From contig OZ244650.1 of assembly GCA_965218785.1 (NCBI GenBank), forward strand, positions 32,001 to 96,000: a stretch of 64,000 nt of DNA, read 5' to 3'. Source of the stretch: Nitrosopumilus sp. (GTDB lineage Archaea > Thermoproteota > Nitrososphaeria > Nitrososphaerales > Nitrosopumilaceae). The notes below the pieces were generated by a model. That model searched no databases and was not told the DNA's origin. It saw nothing but the letters and a program-made list of their open reading frames with translations. Positions 20,466 through 31,000 of the stretch are shown in pieces; position 1 is the first letter of the stretch, and every line of letters starts with the position of its first letter. The position numbers and the translations under genes were made by a program.

Positions 20466-21914
20466 TCAATTCCTATATGATGATGAATCATCCTGAGTAA
20501 TATCCGAATTTCTTTTCAGTGCAGTTATCCTTTTTGCACTGGTGTTTATCTCCCGCGTATGTCTTGATACTATCTCGACTAGCCTTGCCTTTCTGCCATC
20601 CTGTTTCGGTCTTAGAATCCTACCCAGTCTCTGTATTAGTTCCCGTCCGCTGCCTGTTCCACTCATGATTACACCCATCTCCGCATCCGGGACATCCACC
20701 CCCTCATCTAGCACTTTTGAGGTAACCACAACATGATATCTACCCGATTTGAATCCCTCCAAAACATTTTGTCTCTCCTCTTTTACGGTCCGATATGTGA
20801 TATGCGGGATAAGAAACCTGTTTGAGAGCTCGTAGACCATCTTGTTGTTCTGGGTGAAGATTATCGTCTTTGTGTCCCTGTTTTGCTGCAGAATTTTTTG
20901 CAGCTGATCTATCTTTGATTCGCTGTTTAATGCGATCTCGTTTGCCCTGTTTCTTGCAAGCATCGCCCCCCGTGCAGTCTTGTTGTTGTTTGACATCATG
21001 ATTAGTCTTTTCAGGTTGTACATTGATGGAACGTTGAATCCCAGCCGTTTGAGGCCTGCCAGGAATTTTGCTTGATTGGCCTCGTACTGTTCCTGCTCTT
21101 GCGGAGTCAGGCTTACCTGTATCCTGTCTATGGTGTATTCTGCCAGGTGTTTTTGATCTGAGAGCTGCTGTGATCCAAGACGAAACACGACGCCTCCGGT
21201 CAGATACGGGATTAGTTCGTGCAGCTCGTCTTCCCGCTCTATTGTTGCGGTGAGACCCAGCCGGTACGGTGCGATGAACTGCTCTGCAATGGAGCGGTAC
21301 CCAGATGCCGGGAGGTGGTGCACCTCATCGAAGATTACTAGTTTGAACTGGTTTCCTATAGTGGATGCCCGAAGATATGCAGAGTCATACGTTGTAACTG
21401 TTATTGCCTGGATGTCGTCTTTTCCTCCTCCCAGCCTCCCGATGGGGATGTCTCGGGGATTCTGACTAGTTGAGAGATATCTGGAAATGTTCTCTGCCCA
21501 CTGCTCCATTAGATCAATTGTTGGCACCACCACCAGCGTGGATGCGTTTACTATCTGGATTGCCTTGATACCTATCGCTGTTTTTCCTGCACCCGTGGGT
21601 AGGATTACGCATCCGCGCATCGATGATCTCTCCCAGTTTTGTATGGCCTGCTGCTGGTAGTCCCTTAGTTTTAGATCTTTTATTTGATATACCGGCGATG
21701 GTATGAAATTAGATACGTTATCAACAAAGTCCAGATCACTCTTTTTTAGATACTCTACGATTTCTTGGTAGTTCAAACCGTAGCATCTAAGGCATTTGGT
21801 CCTGGCGTCATACTTTGTGTTTGGGATTCGGATTAATCTGCTATCTTCGATACGGATGGAGCCCTTCTCAAAGAACAGTTTTGGATTCGGTGATGATGAT
21901 ACATTGGATGGCAA
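20466..21914 (-). CDS. xpb: XPB/Rad25-family SF2 helicase
   Basis: LRDYQ, LPTGAGKT, DEVHH, LTAT.ERED, DEGVDVP, QRLGRILR. Confidence 0.92.
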   Translation of the reverse strand: MPSNVSSSPNPKLFFEKGSIRIEDSRLIRIPNTKYDARTKCLRCYGLNYQEIVEYLKKSDLDFVDNVSNFIPSPVYQIKDLKLRDYQQQAIQNWERSSMRGCVILPTGAGKTAIGIKAIQIVNASTLVVVPTIDLMEQWAENISRYLSTSQNPRDIPIGRLGGGKDDIQAITVTTYDSAYLRASTIGNQFKLVIFDEVHHLPASGYRSIAEQFIAPYRLGLTATIEREDELHELIPYLTGGVVFRLGSQQLSDQKHLAEYTIDRIQVSLTPQEQEQYEANQAKFLAGLKRLGFNVPSMYNLKRLIMMSNNNKTARGAMLARNRANEIALNSESKIDQLQKILQQNRDTKTIIFTQNNKMVYELSNRFLIPHITYRTVKEERQNVLEGFKSGRYHVVVTSKVLDEGVDVPDAEMGVIMSGTGSGRELIQRLGRILRPKQDGRKARLVEIVSRHTREINTSAKRITALKRNSDITQDDSSSYRN

Positions 21915-22127
21915 ATATGCCTTTCTTTGCAGGCATCCCTATAATCATTTTTTGATCGCTGATTATATCGTACCGGTCAACAAAAAATTAATTTGGAATG
22001 AGAAAACTCCTGCGACGTGGGATTGTTATCTGCAGGAAATAAAAGCGGAAAACGATGAAAACACGGGCAAGACTAACACATGTTCTGAATAACACATTTG
22101 GACGCATTGAACGTAATTTTCAAAATT

Positions 22128-23210
22128 TTAGGGGTTTGAATACATCTTATCAACAAAATTGAATCCGGCACAATGCCTGGGGAATGTTATCTTAATTGAT
22201 GAATCATGTTCACTAAAAGGAACTTTTAGGATTATATATCCATTTAATTTGTAAGATGGATGATCTACCAATTCGTTATTTTTCCAAACCTGAAAACGTT
22301 CATAGTAATCATTAACAAGTTTTAGATTAAAAATTTTAATATGTGAAGACATTAGAACCGACGGATATGCAACAGTTATTTGTCCATCTCTATCGGGAGT
22401 TATTGCAAAGGACCCGACTGTCCATCCTCTTTCAACGACACCTCCATCAATCCAGTAATGTACAAAGGTATCTTCTGTTACATGGACGCTTCCATAAGTT
22501 CCAATAAAATCAAAGTCAACTGGTTCGACCATTGATTTTTGATATGTCATCGTCGTACCAAAACCGATTATGGCAACACCCATTCCCAAAATAATTATCA
22601 ACATTATTGTTTTTCTGTTGATATTGTAGGATACATGATTTAATCCCCAGAAAAAAGATAATGCAATAGACAACCCCACAATGGATAATATGATGCCAAA
22701 AAACGCTATAATGGGTTCTTCTGCTTGTATTTTCCCAAGCATGACATTACAGGCATAGTTGGGTTGAATTTTTGCAGCTTCTTTTTTTGAGATCCCCCTG
22801 GTTGCTATTGCATCCATTAAAGGATGATCATCTGGAATATCATTAACTAAAGCATAGTTGTTGTTTCGTGCCAGGTCTTCTACTAGAGAATGTCCTCCTG
22901 AATTATGTAGGATGTATGCCAAGGCACACATTGTTCCCTTCTGGTCTTTAATCTGTGGGATTTTTTTTGCATGTGTGGTATTTATTGGAAACTGTTCGTT
23001 TTTCCAATATCTTTTTAGAATTTTAAGAATTTGAGTTCTATTTTGGTTTTGGAGGTGACTGCCATGCCGCGTATTGTGTATCATCCAATACTCTGTTCTC
23101 ATTAGGTGTAGTTTTATGCGTTTTTTCTCCAGGAATGCCAAAACAGATGTAATGAGAAGTTGGATCATCTTGTTGTACAAATTATGATCCTCTCCATCCT
23201 CCACGCTCAA
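22128..23210 (-). CDS. membrane protein: FP.N/D..GT.CA/IQP.Y domain + two TM + beta domain
   Basis: 360 aa ORF; start uncertain. Confidence 0.65.
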   Translation of the reverse strand: MSVEDGEDHNLYNKMIQLLITSVLAFLEKKRIKLHLMRTEYWMIHNTRHGSHLQNQNRTQILKILKRYWKNEQFPINTTHAKKIPQIKDQKGTMCALAYILHNSGGHSLVEDLARNNNYALVNDIPDDHPLMDAIATRGISKKEAAKIQPNYACNVMLGKIQAEEPIIAFFGIILSIVGLSIALSFFWGLNHVSYNINRKTIMLIIILGMGVAIIGFGTTMTYQKSMVEPVDFDFIGTYGSVHVTEDTFVHYWIDGGVVERGWTVGSFAITPDRDGQITVAYPSVLMSSHIKIFNLKLVNDYYERFQVWKNNELVDHPSYKLNGYIILKVPFSEHDSSIKITFPRHCAGFNFVDKMYSNP

Positions 23211-23393
23211 TCAATTTTTGTTCCATCTATACACCTTCCAATTCCCCTCTCTTATTTTTTGTGCCTTCGTGGCTTGAAATCACAGCCTTCATCAGATTGA
23301 AATTAAATATGGTTCTGGTGCAAAATAGTACTTTGATCATCAAAATGCACAAGAACCTAATAAATTTAAATTCACATAAGATTATGATAAATA

Positions 23394-24185
23394 TTGAATC
23401 CAGATGTAAATCCAAAGAAAGTGTTACTGGCACTAAAAAGAGCGGTTGAAGCCACTTTTGGAAGTAGTGATTGGCATGAATTAGGATTAGATACTGGCTG
23501 TGATGATATAATCAAAGAAGATGATCGATTGTTACGTAGTCTGTTGTTTGGAGACGAAGATTATGGAGATAGGGTTTTGGTAGTAATTGAAAGAATATTG
23601 GAGAGAAATCCAGATAATGTTACAATTATTGAGAAATTTGTTTCATTAGAAGAATGGTTGCAAAATAATGACTCTAGACTCTATAAAGAATTATATGAAA
23701 CTGGCTTATCGATTATTGACGATGTTGAGGAGATGGGTAAAATTCTCAACATCGCTGAACTCGATCGTCAAATTTTAAGAATTAGAAGTTCAATTAAGAA
23801 AAATGATACTTCTCAAGCTATTGGTTCTGCCAAAGAATTACTCGAATTCATCCTTAAAACAATTCTAAAGGATTTAAACCATCTTGATTCTAAAGAAGAT
23901 ATTCCTATTCTTTTAAAACAAGTTCAAAAATTACTTGGTATTGATCCTAATAATGAAACTGCAAAAAAATTAGATGATAGAACCAAAAAAACACTCAGTA
24001 ATCTGGGGCAAGTCGTTATTGGAGTTGCTGAAATTAGAAATCTTGTAGGGACTGGTCATGGTAGAACTGAAAGTCATGAAACCGATCAAAATCATGCTTT
24101 GTTAATTGTAAATTCAGTCTTTACTATTTCCGCATATTTGTTAAATTTATGGCAAGAACAAAAGAAACAAATTTCAAAAACTTGA
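23394..24185 (+). CDS. abortive-infection family protein (AbiJ-like N-terminus + Abi_C)
   Basis: AIGSAKELLE..LK.IL and EIRNLVGTGHGR. Confidence 0.8.
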   Translation: MNPDVNPKKVLLALKRAVEATFGSSDWHELGLDTGCDDIIKEDDRLLRSLLFGDEDYGDRVLVVIERILERNPDNVTIIEKFVSLEEWLQNNDSRLYKELYETGLSIIDDVEEMGKILNIAELDRQILRIRSSIKKNDTSQAIGSAKELLEFILKTILKDLNHLDSKEDIPILLKQVQKLLGIDPNNETAKKLDDRTKKTLSNLGQVVIGVAEIRNLVGTGHGRTESHETDQNHALLIVNSVFTISAYLLNLWQEQKKQISKT

Positions 24186-24588
24186 AAACCAATTCTGGTG
24201 CATTTTGATGATCAGATCACGCTTTTGCACTGGCGCGCCTTTAATTTCAATCTGGAGGAGAACTGTATTATCTCCTGAAGATGCTGTAAAATTGGTTATA
24301 ACTAAGCTTTTATACCTGCAAATCAATATGATACTTACCGATAATGCATATAATCGCTGGCTGCATCATTAGCAGTTAAAAAAACAATCCATTAGCCCTG
24401 GAGCGTTTTTTTGTGGGTATCCAATCTCACTATCGAAATCTTATGTACTGTACAGTATATAATCATAACTATTTACCTGGTAAGTATTTAGTTATAACTA
24501 TAACGGCTTCATAGAAATCATCAGTTATCACATTGTAGACAAGATTTAATCATATTGATCAATGAATCATTTCTGATAATTTGATTTC

Positions 24589-24850
24589 ATGAATAAAAAA
24601 TACAGACGCATGATCTGTATCATGCCTGTCCATTCTAAAGAAAATACATGTTCCGCTGTTTTTGTATCCAAAATCAAAGCACACATTTTCAATACACCAG
24701 TACATAGTGCTACTTGTTTAGGCAATACGAGTCAAAAAGCCATGAGTCATTTGTGGAATGGCTTGAAGTGACAACTGAAATTGTCCTGTAACTGCACCTA
24801 CAAACCATTCCACACTACACAGCGTTGCAAAAGACAGCTGTCCGAATCAG
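24589..24850 (+). pseudogene. IS5-family transposase N-terminal remnant
   Basis: Across frameshifts reads HVPLFLYPKSKHTFSIHQYIVLLV/RQYESKSHESFVEWL...IPHYTALQK. Confidence 0.6.
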
Positions 24851-25037
24851 TGACATACTGTTGCAATAGATAGGTTGGTTGGACCCTGGAATTTTTTTTC
24901 TTTTGACCACTTGTGATCTTGTTTATCATAAATTTTGATTAATTCTCTCTTTTCTATATCTTTGATATGTTGGTGTACTGTAGCATAAGCCATATTCCTC
25001 TCAATTTTGATAGAGTATGCAGTAATTGGATCATTTT
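24847..25037 (-). pseudogene. wHTH protein remnant abutting the IS66 left end
   Basis: TAYSIK...MAYATVHQHIKDIEKRELI; 5' part cut at the IS boundary. Confidence 0.45.
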
Positions 25038-26496
25038 GTATGAGGTCAGCTATTCTCACAATTTTATCAACACGATAAAAGTATCATGATCCATTAGTCA
25101 TGACTGCATATTCCAGTCATGAAGGGCAGAAGACCAACAAACAGGGAGATGGAGATTGCCCTGCAAAGATCCAACGATATCGTAATCCGACAAAAGAACC
25201 AGATTGACAGTCTTGTTTTAAAGATGACACAGATGCAAAGTCAGATCGATACACTTGCAGCAAAGCTGAATTATTATGAAAATCCAAACTCACCTCCATC
25301 ATCTGATTCATTTGCATGGAAGCAGGAAAAGTAAGAACGGCGCCAGAAGAGAAAAGACAATGACACACAACCAAAGAGACCTGGAGGCAGAGAAGGTCAC
25401 ACCGGCACATCAAGGCGACACAATCCGAAAAGACCCGTACATCACGGTTTTCAAAACACTCCCAGATGCGAGTGTGGCAGTGTCATGGTTACCGCAGGCA
25501 GTCAAACCCGTGATATTCTAGACATGCAGATTACAACCACTGAAACGCGACACATAACACAGAAGGCCCAATGTCCCTCCTGCAACATAACACGACATGC
25601 ACCAAATGATCTTCCTGCAAGGGGATCATATGGAAAAAATATTGCAGGGCTGATCATACATCTGCGCGCATCAAAGATGCCTTTTGGTTCCATACCTGAA
25701 ATCATATTAAACACGCTTGGCATACACATTAGCAAATCCACAGCAATTAACGCAGTATACTGCATAGCAGATGTACTGGAATTATCTACACAAGAGATCA
25801 TATCCCAGATTCAAAATAGTGATCAAGCACACGTTGATGAAACCACATACACTTACAACGGCAGATTGACGTGGGTGTGGGGGTTGGTCTCGGGAAAACA
25901 TATAGCGATGATAATGAATCCAAGCAGAGGTGCATTTGTACTTGACAGATATCTTGACGGGTATGACGGCACGGTAATATCAGACAGGTATCCCGTATAC
26001 AAGCGGTTTGATCCGGGAGGCAGACACCAGATATGCTGGGCACATGAGCTGAGAAACGCAAAGGATGTCGCAAAAAAGTACGGCGGCGTGGCAGAAAAAC
26101 TGTATGCAGATCTTCATCCCTCTTTGAGGGATCAAAGAAAATGACACAAAACAGGTCTTTACGATCCAGGCTTTGCATGGAGAATGTCATGGATGACATG
26201 CTGGAGAAATACCGGAATGTATCTGACGAGCACGTCGTAAAGTTGGTAAAAAGACTAGACAGGGTTATACTCAACATGTTTGTGTTTTTGCAGTATCCTG
26301 TGGATCCAACAAACAATGCAGCAGAGTGTGCACTGCGTTATGCTGTTGTATTCAGGAAGATAAGCGGACAGATTCGCGGGGAACAGTCAATGAGGAGGAT
26401 GTCCAACATTATGACGTGTGTCCTGACATGGAGGGCACATGAAAAAAACATCGTAGAGGAGGTCATGGCTAGGATTTAGGACAGGTGACCTCATAC
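25038..26496 (+). mobile_element. IS66-family (single-ORF, ISBst12-like) insertion sequence, 1459 bp
   Basis: TIRs GTATGAGGTCAgCTaTtCT (25038-25056) and its imperfect reverse complement (26478-26496), 16/19 match; CATTTT direct repeat on both flanks. Confidence 0.85.
25119..26479 (+). pseudogene. IS66 transposase (TnpC-like), inactivated
   Basis: NSPPSSD, GGREGH.G, HVDETT, SDRY..Y, CWAHELR, PTNNAAE.ALR; in-frame TAA at 25332 and frameshift near 26140. Confidence 0.85.
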
Positions 26497-26604
26497 CATT
26501 TTTTAATAATTTCTATTGTGCCTAAAAATCATCTTTTCAGGTTTCAATTATTAAACAACCATTAACCAACTGGTTTTAATACTATGTTGATTATATAGAA
26601 TTAA

Positions 26605-27504
26605 ATGATGAATAAAGAATTATTTGAATCATTACACAGATTAACTTCTATTATGAATCAAGTTAGTAAGGATGCTCATGCCAAAATAGCTCCCTCATTA
26701 ATTGAATCATCAGACAGATTAACTTCTATTATGAATCAAGTTAGTAAGGATGCTCATGCCAAAATAGCTCCCTCATTAATTGAATCATCAGACAGATTAA
26801 CTTCTATTATGAATCAAGTTAGTAAGGATGCTCATGCCAAAATAGCTCCCTCATTAATTGAATCATCAGACAGATTAACTTCTATTATGAATCAAGTTAG
26901 TAAGGATGCTCATGCCAAAATAGCTCCCTCATTAATTGAATCATCAGACAGATTAACTTCTATTATGAATCAAGTTAGTAAGGATGCTCATGCCAAAATA
27001 GCTCCCTCATTAATTGAATCATCAGACAGATTAACTTCTATTATGAATCAAGTTAGTAAGGATGCTCATGCCAAAATAGCTCCCTCATTAATTGAATCAT
27101 CAGACAGATTAACTTCTATTATGAATCAAGTTAGTAAGGATGCTCATGCCAAAATAGCTCCCTCATTAATTGAATCATCAGACAGATTAACTTCTATTAT
27201 GAATCAAGTTAGTAAGGATGCTCATGCCAAAATAGCTCCCTCATTAATTGCATTAAATAGTTACTCGACTCGAATAGAGGTATTAAATCAAAATGTGCTC
27301 CAGTATACAGAATCAATGAAGAGAGCTAATGAAGTCCTGAATCAACAAGTAGAAAAAATCAACGAATATACAAAAAATATTATTGAGGGTATAGAACATC
27401 ATAAAAAATCTATGACAAAATTAAATCCAATTCAACCAGTAAATAATAGATTACATATTACAATTATCCTAACAATTTTAATAATAACCAGAAAATCCGA
27501 ATAA
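26605..27504 (+). CDS. helical protein with perfect 26-aa tandem repeats
   Basis: RLTSIMNQVSKDAHAKIAPSLIESSD x ~7.9, then coiled coil and hydrophobic tail. Confidence 0.6.
   Translation: MMNKELFESLHRLTSIMNQVSKDAHAKIAPSLIESSDRLTSIMNQVSKDAHAKIAPSLIESSDRLTSIMNQVSKDAHAKIAPSLIESSDRLTSIMNQVSKDAHAKIAPSLIESSDRLTSIMNQVSKDAHAKIAPSLIESSDRLTSIMNQVSKDAHAKIAPSLIESSDRLTSIMNQVSKDAHAKIAPSLIESSDRLTSIMNQVSKDAHAKIAPSLIALNSYSTRIEVLNQNVLQYTESMKRANEVLNQQVEKINEYTKNIIEGIEHHKKSMTKLNPIQPVNNRLHITIILTILIITRKSE
26636..27250 (+). repeat. 78-bp tandem repeat, ~7.9 identical copies
   Basis: Unit ACAGATTAACTTCTATTATGAATCAAGTTAGTAAGGATGCTCATGCCAAAATAGCTCCCTCATTAATTGAATCATCAG. Confidence 0.97.
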
Positions 27505-27677
27505 GGGCTTATTCCTTATTTTTTATTTTAGGCGAAAAAAGACTTTTAAATTTATTTCAATAATTACCATGATCATCTAATTCCATTAAATTTGTCTTCT
27601 CAGATACTGACAAGAATAATTATACAAAATAAGTTGTGGATTTGAAAAAAGCAGATGGCTCAACAATAAAGCAAAAT

Positions 27678-29111
27678 TCAAGAAATAATAAAGCAGTTTA
27701 ATTCATTTTTTTCCAGAACCAATTCCTTGGAAATTTTAACACATTTTTGTGCCTCGTCATGTGTAATTATTTTTTTGTCGTGAATACTGAGATTGCGAAG
27801 TCTTTTCAATTTTGAGAAATCAGAAAAATATTCTTGCAATTCATCTTTAAGATCATTTATCATTCTATCAACTGCTACATACTTAGTTTTTTTGTTTTTT
27901 CCATCTTGTTTTTTACGCCATTGTCGTGAGATATATTTTTCAATAATTTTCCAACCCATGATAAACGCCTGGAAAAATTCACTGTCTTTTATATGCGTCA
28001 TCGCATCAAGTAAAATTACCAGGTCATCACACAGATCTTTGTCTAGAAACACTTCAGAAGTCTTTTTAAATATTTTTTTCATCCGTTCTTTATCAACACG
28101 TCTTGTTTTATACTCAAGAATCTGGTCTGGAACTCCATTAACCATTTTATTTCTGAGTTGATCACTGTCATAAATGCAACTTACCCCATCATTTGTTTCT
28201 GGATTGTATTCCATTTCACACAACTCATGTTCCCTTACAACGTGAGCATCCAGTCCATCAAGTATGGAAATCATCATAAGCACATTTAGGATTTGAAGAG
28301 ATGTTGTTTTGTTATCTGTATATGTATTGACAAATCCATCTTTTTTCAGTAGCACCAAGACACCATCAATGGTTATATCAAATATTTTTTCATCAAGGGG
28401 GGAAATGTAAGTGCTCTTTACCCCATCAAGTATTTCATTTACTGTACGTTTTGAATTTTTACCAATTATTATTGGAGGAAAAAAATAGGCCGCAAATCCT
28501 TTCAGATTTTTTATTTTAGAATCAGGTGTTCTTCTGACAGGAGGCATTTTTTTTGAGGCTTCAATTTGTTCATTTGCATTACTAATCATGTTTGAAATCA
28601 GTGTACGGTAATCATAGTCTCCCCTGTTTCCAAAAAAATGAGTAATCGTATGATGGTTTAATGTAAATGACGTGTTCGTACCCCTGGCATGTTCCCATTC
28701 TGAAAACATCGCATTTTTTGCCATTTTCATAAACACATGTAACTCTTTAGCAAGAAGATGACTGTAATATTCTGGTGAATCCGAAGAATACATGTTTTCA
28801 TTTTCAACCAAAACATTCCACCTGGGAAGATTCAAAATGTTTTTCATCTCATCCGGAAAAATTTTACTATCATAAGGTCCATTAATTGTTATTTCATCAT
28901 CGAGCCTATTTTCAAAATGAGTCATCACAATTAATTGCCACTCTGGTTGCTTTAACCAAAAAACTTCAATCTGACACGGAGAATGATAGTCATTAAAACA
29001 CAAAATATGTTTTCTTTGCTCTTCGGACAGTTTTGGTGACACTTCCCTAAACAGTTTCAAAAAATTTTCATACCATTTTTTGAGACGTATAGTTTCATTT
29101 GATTCTGACAC
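27678..29111 (-). CDS. protein with C-terminal HEPN domain
   Basis: AFIMGWKIIE...LRNLSIH (RxxxxH). Confidence 0.7.
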   Translation of the reverse strand: MSESNETIRLKKWYENFLKLFREVSPKLSEEQRKHILCFNDYHSPCQIEVFWLKQPEWQLIVMTHFENRLDDEITINGPYDSKIFPDEMKNILNLPRWNVLVENENMYSSDSPEYYSHLLAKELHVFMKMAKNAMFSEWEHARGTNTSFTLNHHTITHFFGNRGDYDYRTLISNMISNANEQIEASKKMPPVRRTPDSKIKNLKGFAAYFFPPIIIGKNSKRTVNEILDGVKSTYISPLDEKIFDITIDGVLVLLKKDGFVNTYTDNKTTSLQILNVLMMISILDGLDAHVVREHELCEMEYNPETNDGVSCIYDSDQLRNKMVNGVPDQILEYKTRRVDKERMKKIFKKTSEVFLDKDLCDDLVILLDAMTHIKDSEFFQAFIMGWKIIEKYISRQWRKKQDGKNKKTKYVAVDRMINDLKDELQEYFSDFSKLKRLRNLSIHDKKIITHDEAQKCVKISKELVLEKNELNCFIIS

Positions 29112-29172
29112 GAGTTAGTTACAGCCATATGGTTGATTTTAACATTCTGACCAAACCAAACAATCTAAATTT

Positions 29173-30123
29173 TTAAAGAGTTTTTTGAATATCTGCCAAG
29201 AATCTATTTACCATTCCAAAACAGTCTTTTGCATCATCTTCGCTTGGCTCATATGGGTTATCATGTGCTATTTTATTTCTTATATTACACACATGATGTA
29301 AATTTAGAATATGACTTTCTAATTCTTGATTTGATTCTAATGCATCAATCTTTCTTCGCATTGGAAGTTTTAGGTTTTTAGAAAATATGTTTACCGCATT
29401 TTCAATTGCTTTATTTGCAAATATTATTGCACTACTGTAATCTTTGGATTCAATACGTTTCTCTGTATTTTGTAGATATTTTTTTGCTCTAGAATAATCA
29501 TTTGTTAAATGTGGTTCCAATATGGAATTTTTTAGGTTGGAAATGTATCTATTCCTAATATCTTCCCATTCTTTACTAATACTAGGATCTAGTTTATCTT
29601 TGAGATATTCATAAAATGTAACTAATTTTACATTTGGAATTTTTATGGAATATTTTCTTAATAATTCTCGTATGTTATCTTCTTTACAAAAAACAAGTTC
29701 ACTTTTACCACACATGCCTACTTTTTCTACCATATCCATTTTATCCCATTCTTCTTTTCTAACTATTTGTTCTGGAAAATCCCCTAATGAAGAAAGAGAT
29801 TCATCTAATATGATAAGATATTCTACTAATTTACTTGGTCTAAATACAAGCGTATGTCCATTTGCCCAATCAATATTTTCTAAATTTTTGAAATATAATA
29901 AAACATCGGCCATACCATCACTTCTAACATGAAATTCTTTTGATATTTCTGAAAAAGAGTATTTTGATTCATTATCTAGCTTTGTTTCATTTAAAATTTT
30001 TCCACATTCAAAAAATGAAAAAGTATTCATTAAAAGACAAATTGTATCTTCATTATCATTTTTACCAATGTATTGCTTGAAAAAATATTGAGGAAATTTT
30101 TTATATCCTCCACGAAAGATCAT
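29173..30123 (-). CDS. protein with C-terminal HEPN domain
   Basis: DYSSAII.A.KAIE...IRNKIAH...SEDDA. Confidence 0.7.
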   Translation of the reverse strand: MIFRGGYKKFPQYFFKQYIGKNDNEDTICLLMNTFSFFECGKILNETKLDNESKYSFSEISKEFHVRSDGMADVLLYFKNLENIDWANGHTLVFRPSKLVEYLIILDESLSSLGDFPEQIVRKEEWDKMDMVEKVGMCGKSELVFCKEDNIRELLRKYSIKIPNVKLVTFYEYLKDKLDPSISKEWEDIRNRYISNLKNSILEPHLTNDYSRAKKYLQNTEKRIESKDYSSAIIFANKAIENAVNIFSKNLKLPMRRKIDALESNQELESHILNLHHVCNIRNKIAHDNPYEPSEDDAKDCFGMVNRFLADIQKTL

Positions 30124-30410
30124 TCAGTCATATCCAGATGCTCTAGATTATTTACCCACCATGATTGATCTTCAAAATCAGGAATGACATTATCATCTTT
30201 GAAAATTGATCTTCCATCATGGAATTCAAAATTTGGTTTCAACCCCCGTTTAAATTGAACAAAGTGCAAAAATCCAACAAATAACGCTAATGCTCCATCC
30301 ATTACCCATGATTTCATAGCATCGTCTACTACCCATAATGGAATTCGCATTTCTAGAATTTTAGATTCAAAATCCCCCCAAATCAATTCATCAATCTGGT
30401 TTTTGTTCAT
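30120..30410 (-). CDS. hypothetical protein
   Basis: 96 aa; ATGA overlap with the HEPN gene. Confidence 0.55.
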   Translation of the reverse strand: MNKNQIDELIWGDFESKILEMRIPLWVVDDAMKSWVMDGALALFVGFLHFVQFKRGLKPNFEFHDGRSIFKDDNVIPDFEDQSWWVNNLEHLDMTE

Positions 30411-30494
30411 AACTATTCTCTTAGAAAATATGATTTAATCTTTGATCCAGAAATTTATCCTTTAACTAAAATAGAAGAGTATGAAAATCCTTCC

Positions 30495-30999
30495 ATGTCT
30501 CAAACTCCTGCTGTTATCAAAGCTGATGCGAGGATCGTTCGAGAGTTGTTAAGTACGACTAAATATGAAATTGGTGAGTTTCAGCATGAATACGAATGGG
30601 AAAAGCGTCAGATTGAACAACTAATCTCTGATTTAGAATCAAAATTTGATTCTGAATATCAGGACAATGATGAGAGAGAAAACAAGATAATTTTTATTTA
30701 TGGTGCAAAATAATACCTTGAAGGGAAAAAACAGAAATAAACTTCGAGATGAAGATATTCAAAAATTGTAGATCATTTTAATGATTTCAAAGATGATAGA
30801 TATTATCATGTGGCAGATTTAGATGAATTAAGAGAAAACGAGTTTAATCTCAATGTTCCAAGATATGTAGATATATCCGAAGAAGAAAAGGAAATTGATG
30901 TCTGGGAAACCATTAATGAATTGAAAAAATTAGAAAAGAGGAGAGAGAAAATTAAATCCAAAGTAATTACTGATCTTAGAATTAGGTTTCAAAGTTTGA
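30495..30999 (+). pseudogene. chimeric remnant: DUF262 (GmrS-like) N-terminus fused to HsdM C-terminus
   Basis: YEIGEFQHEYEWEKRQIEQLISDL, then ENKIIFI..., NKLRDEDIQK, ENEFNLNVPRYVD, LGFKV* with stops and frameshifts. Confidence 0.7.
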
Positions 31000-31000
31000 T

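Noticed and set aside
24495-24506. TAACTATAACGG, matching the start of the 23S rRNA / I-CeuI site
   Set aside because: Only 12 bp; the flanks do not continue as rRNA.
26636-27250. CRISPR array
   Set aside because: Units are fully identical with no unique spacers, are in-frame coding, and no cas genes are present.
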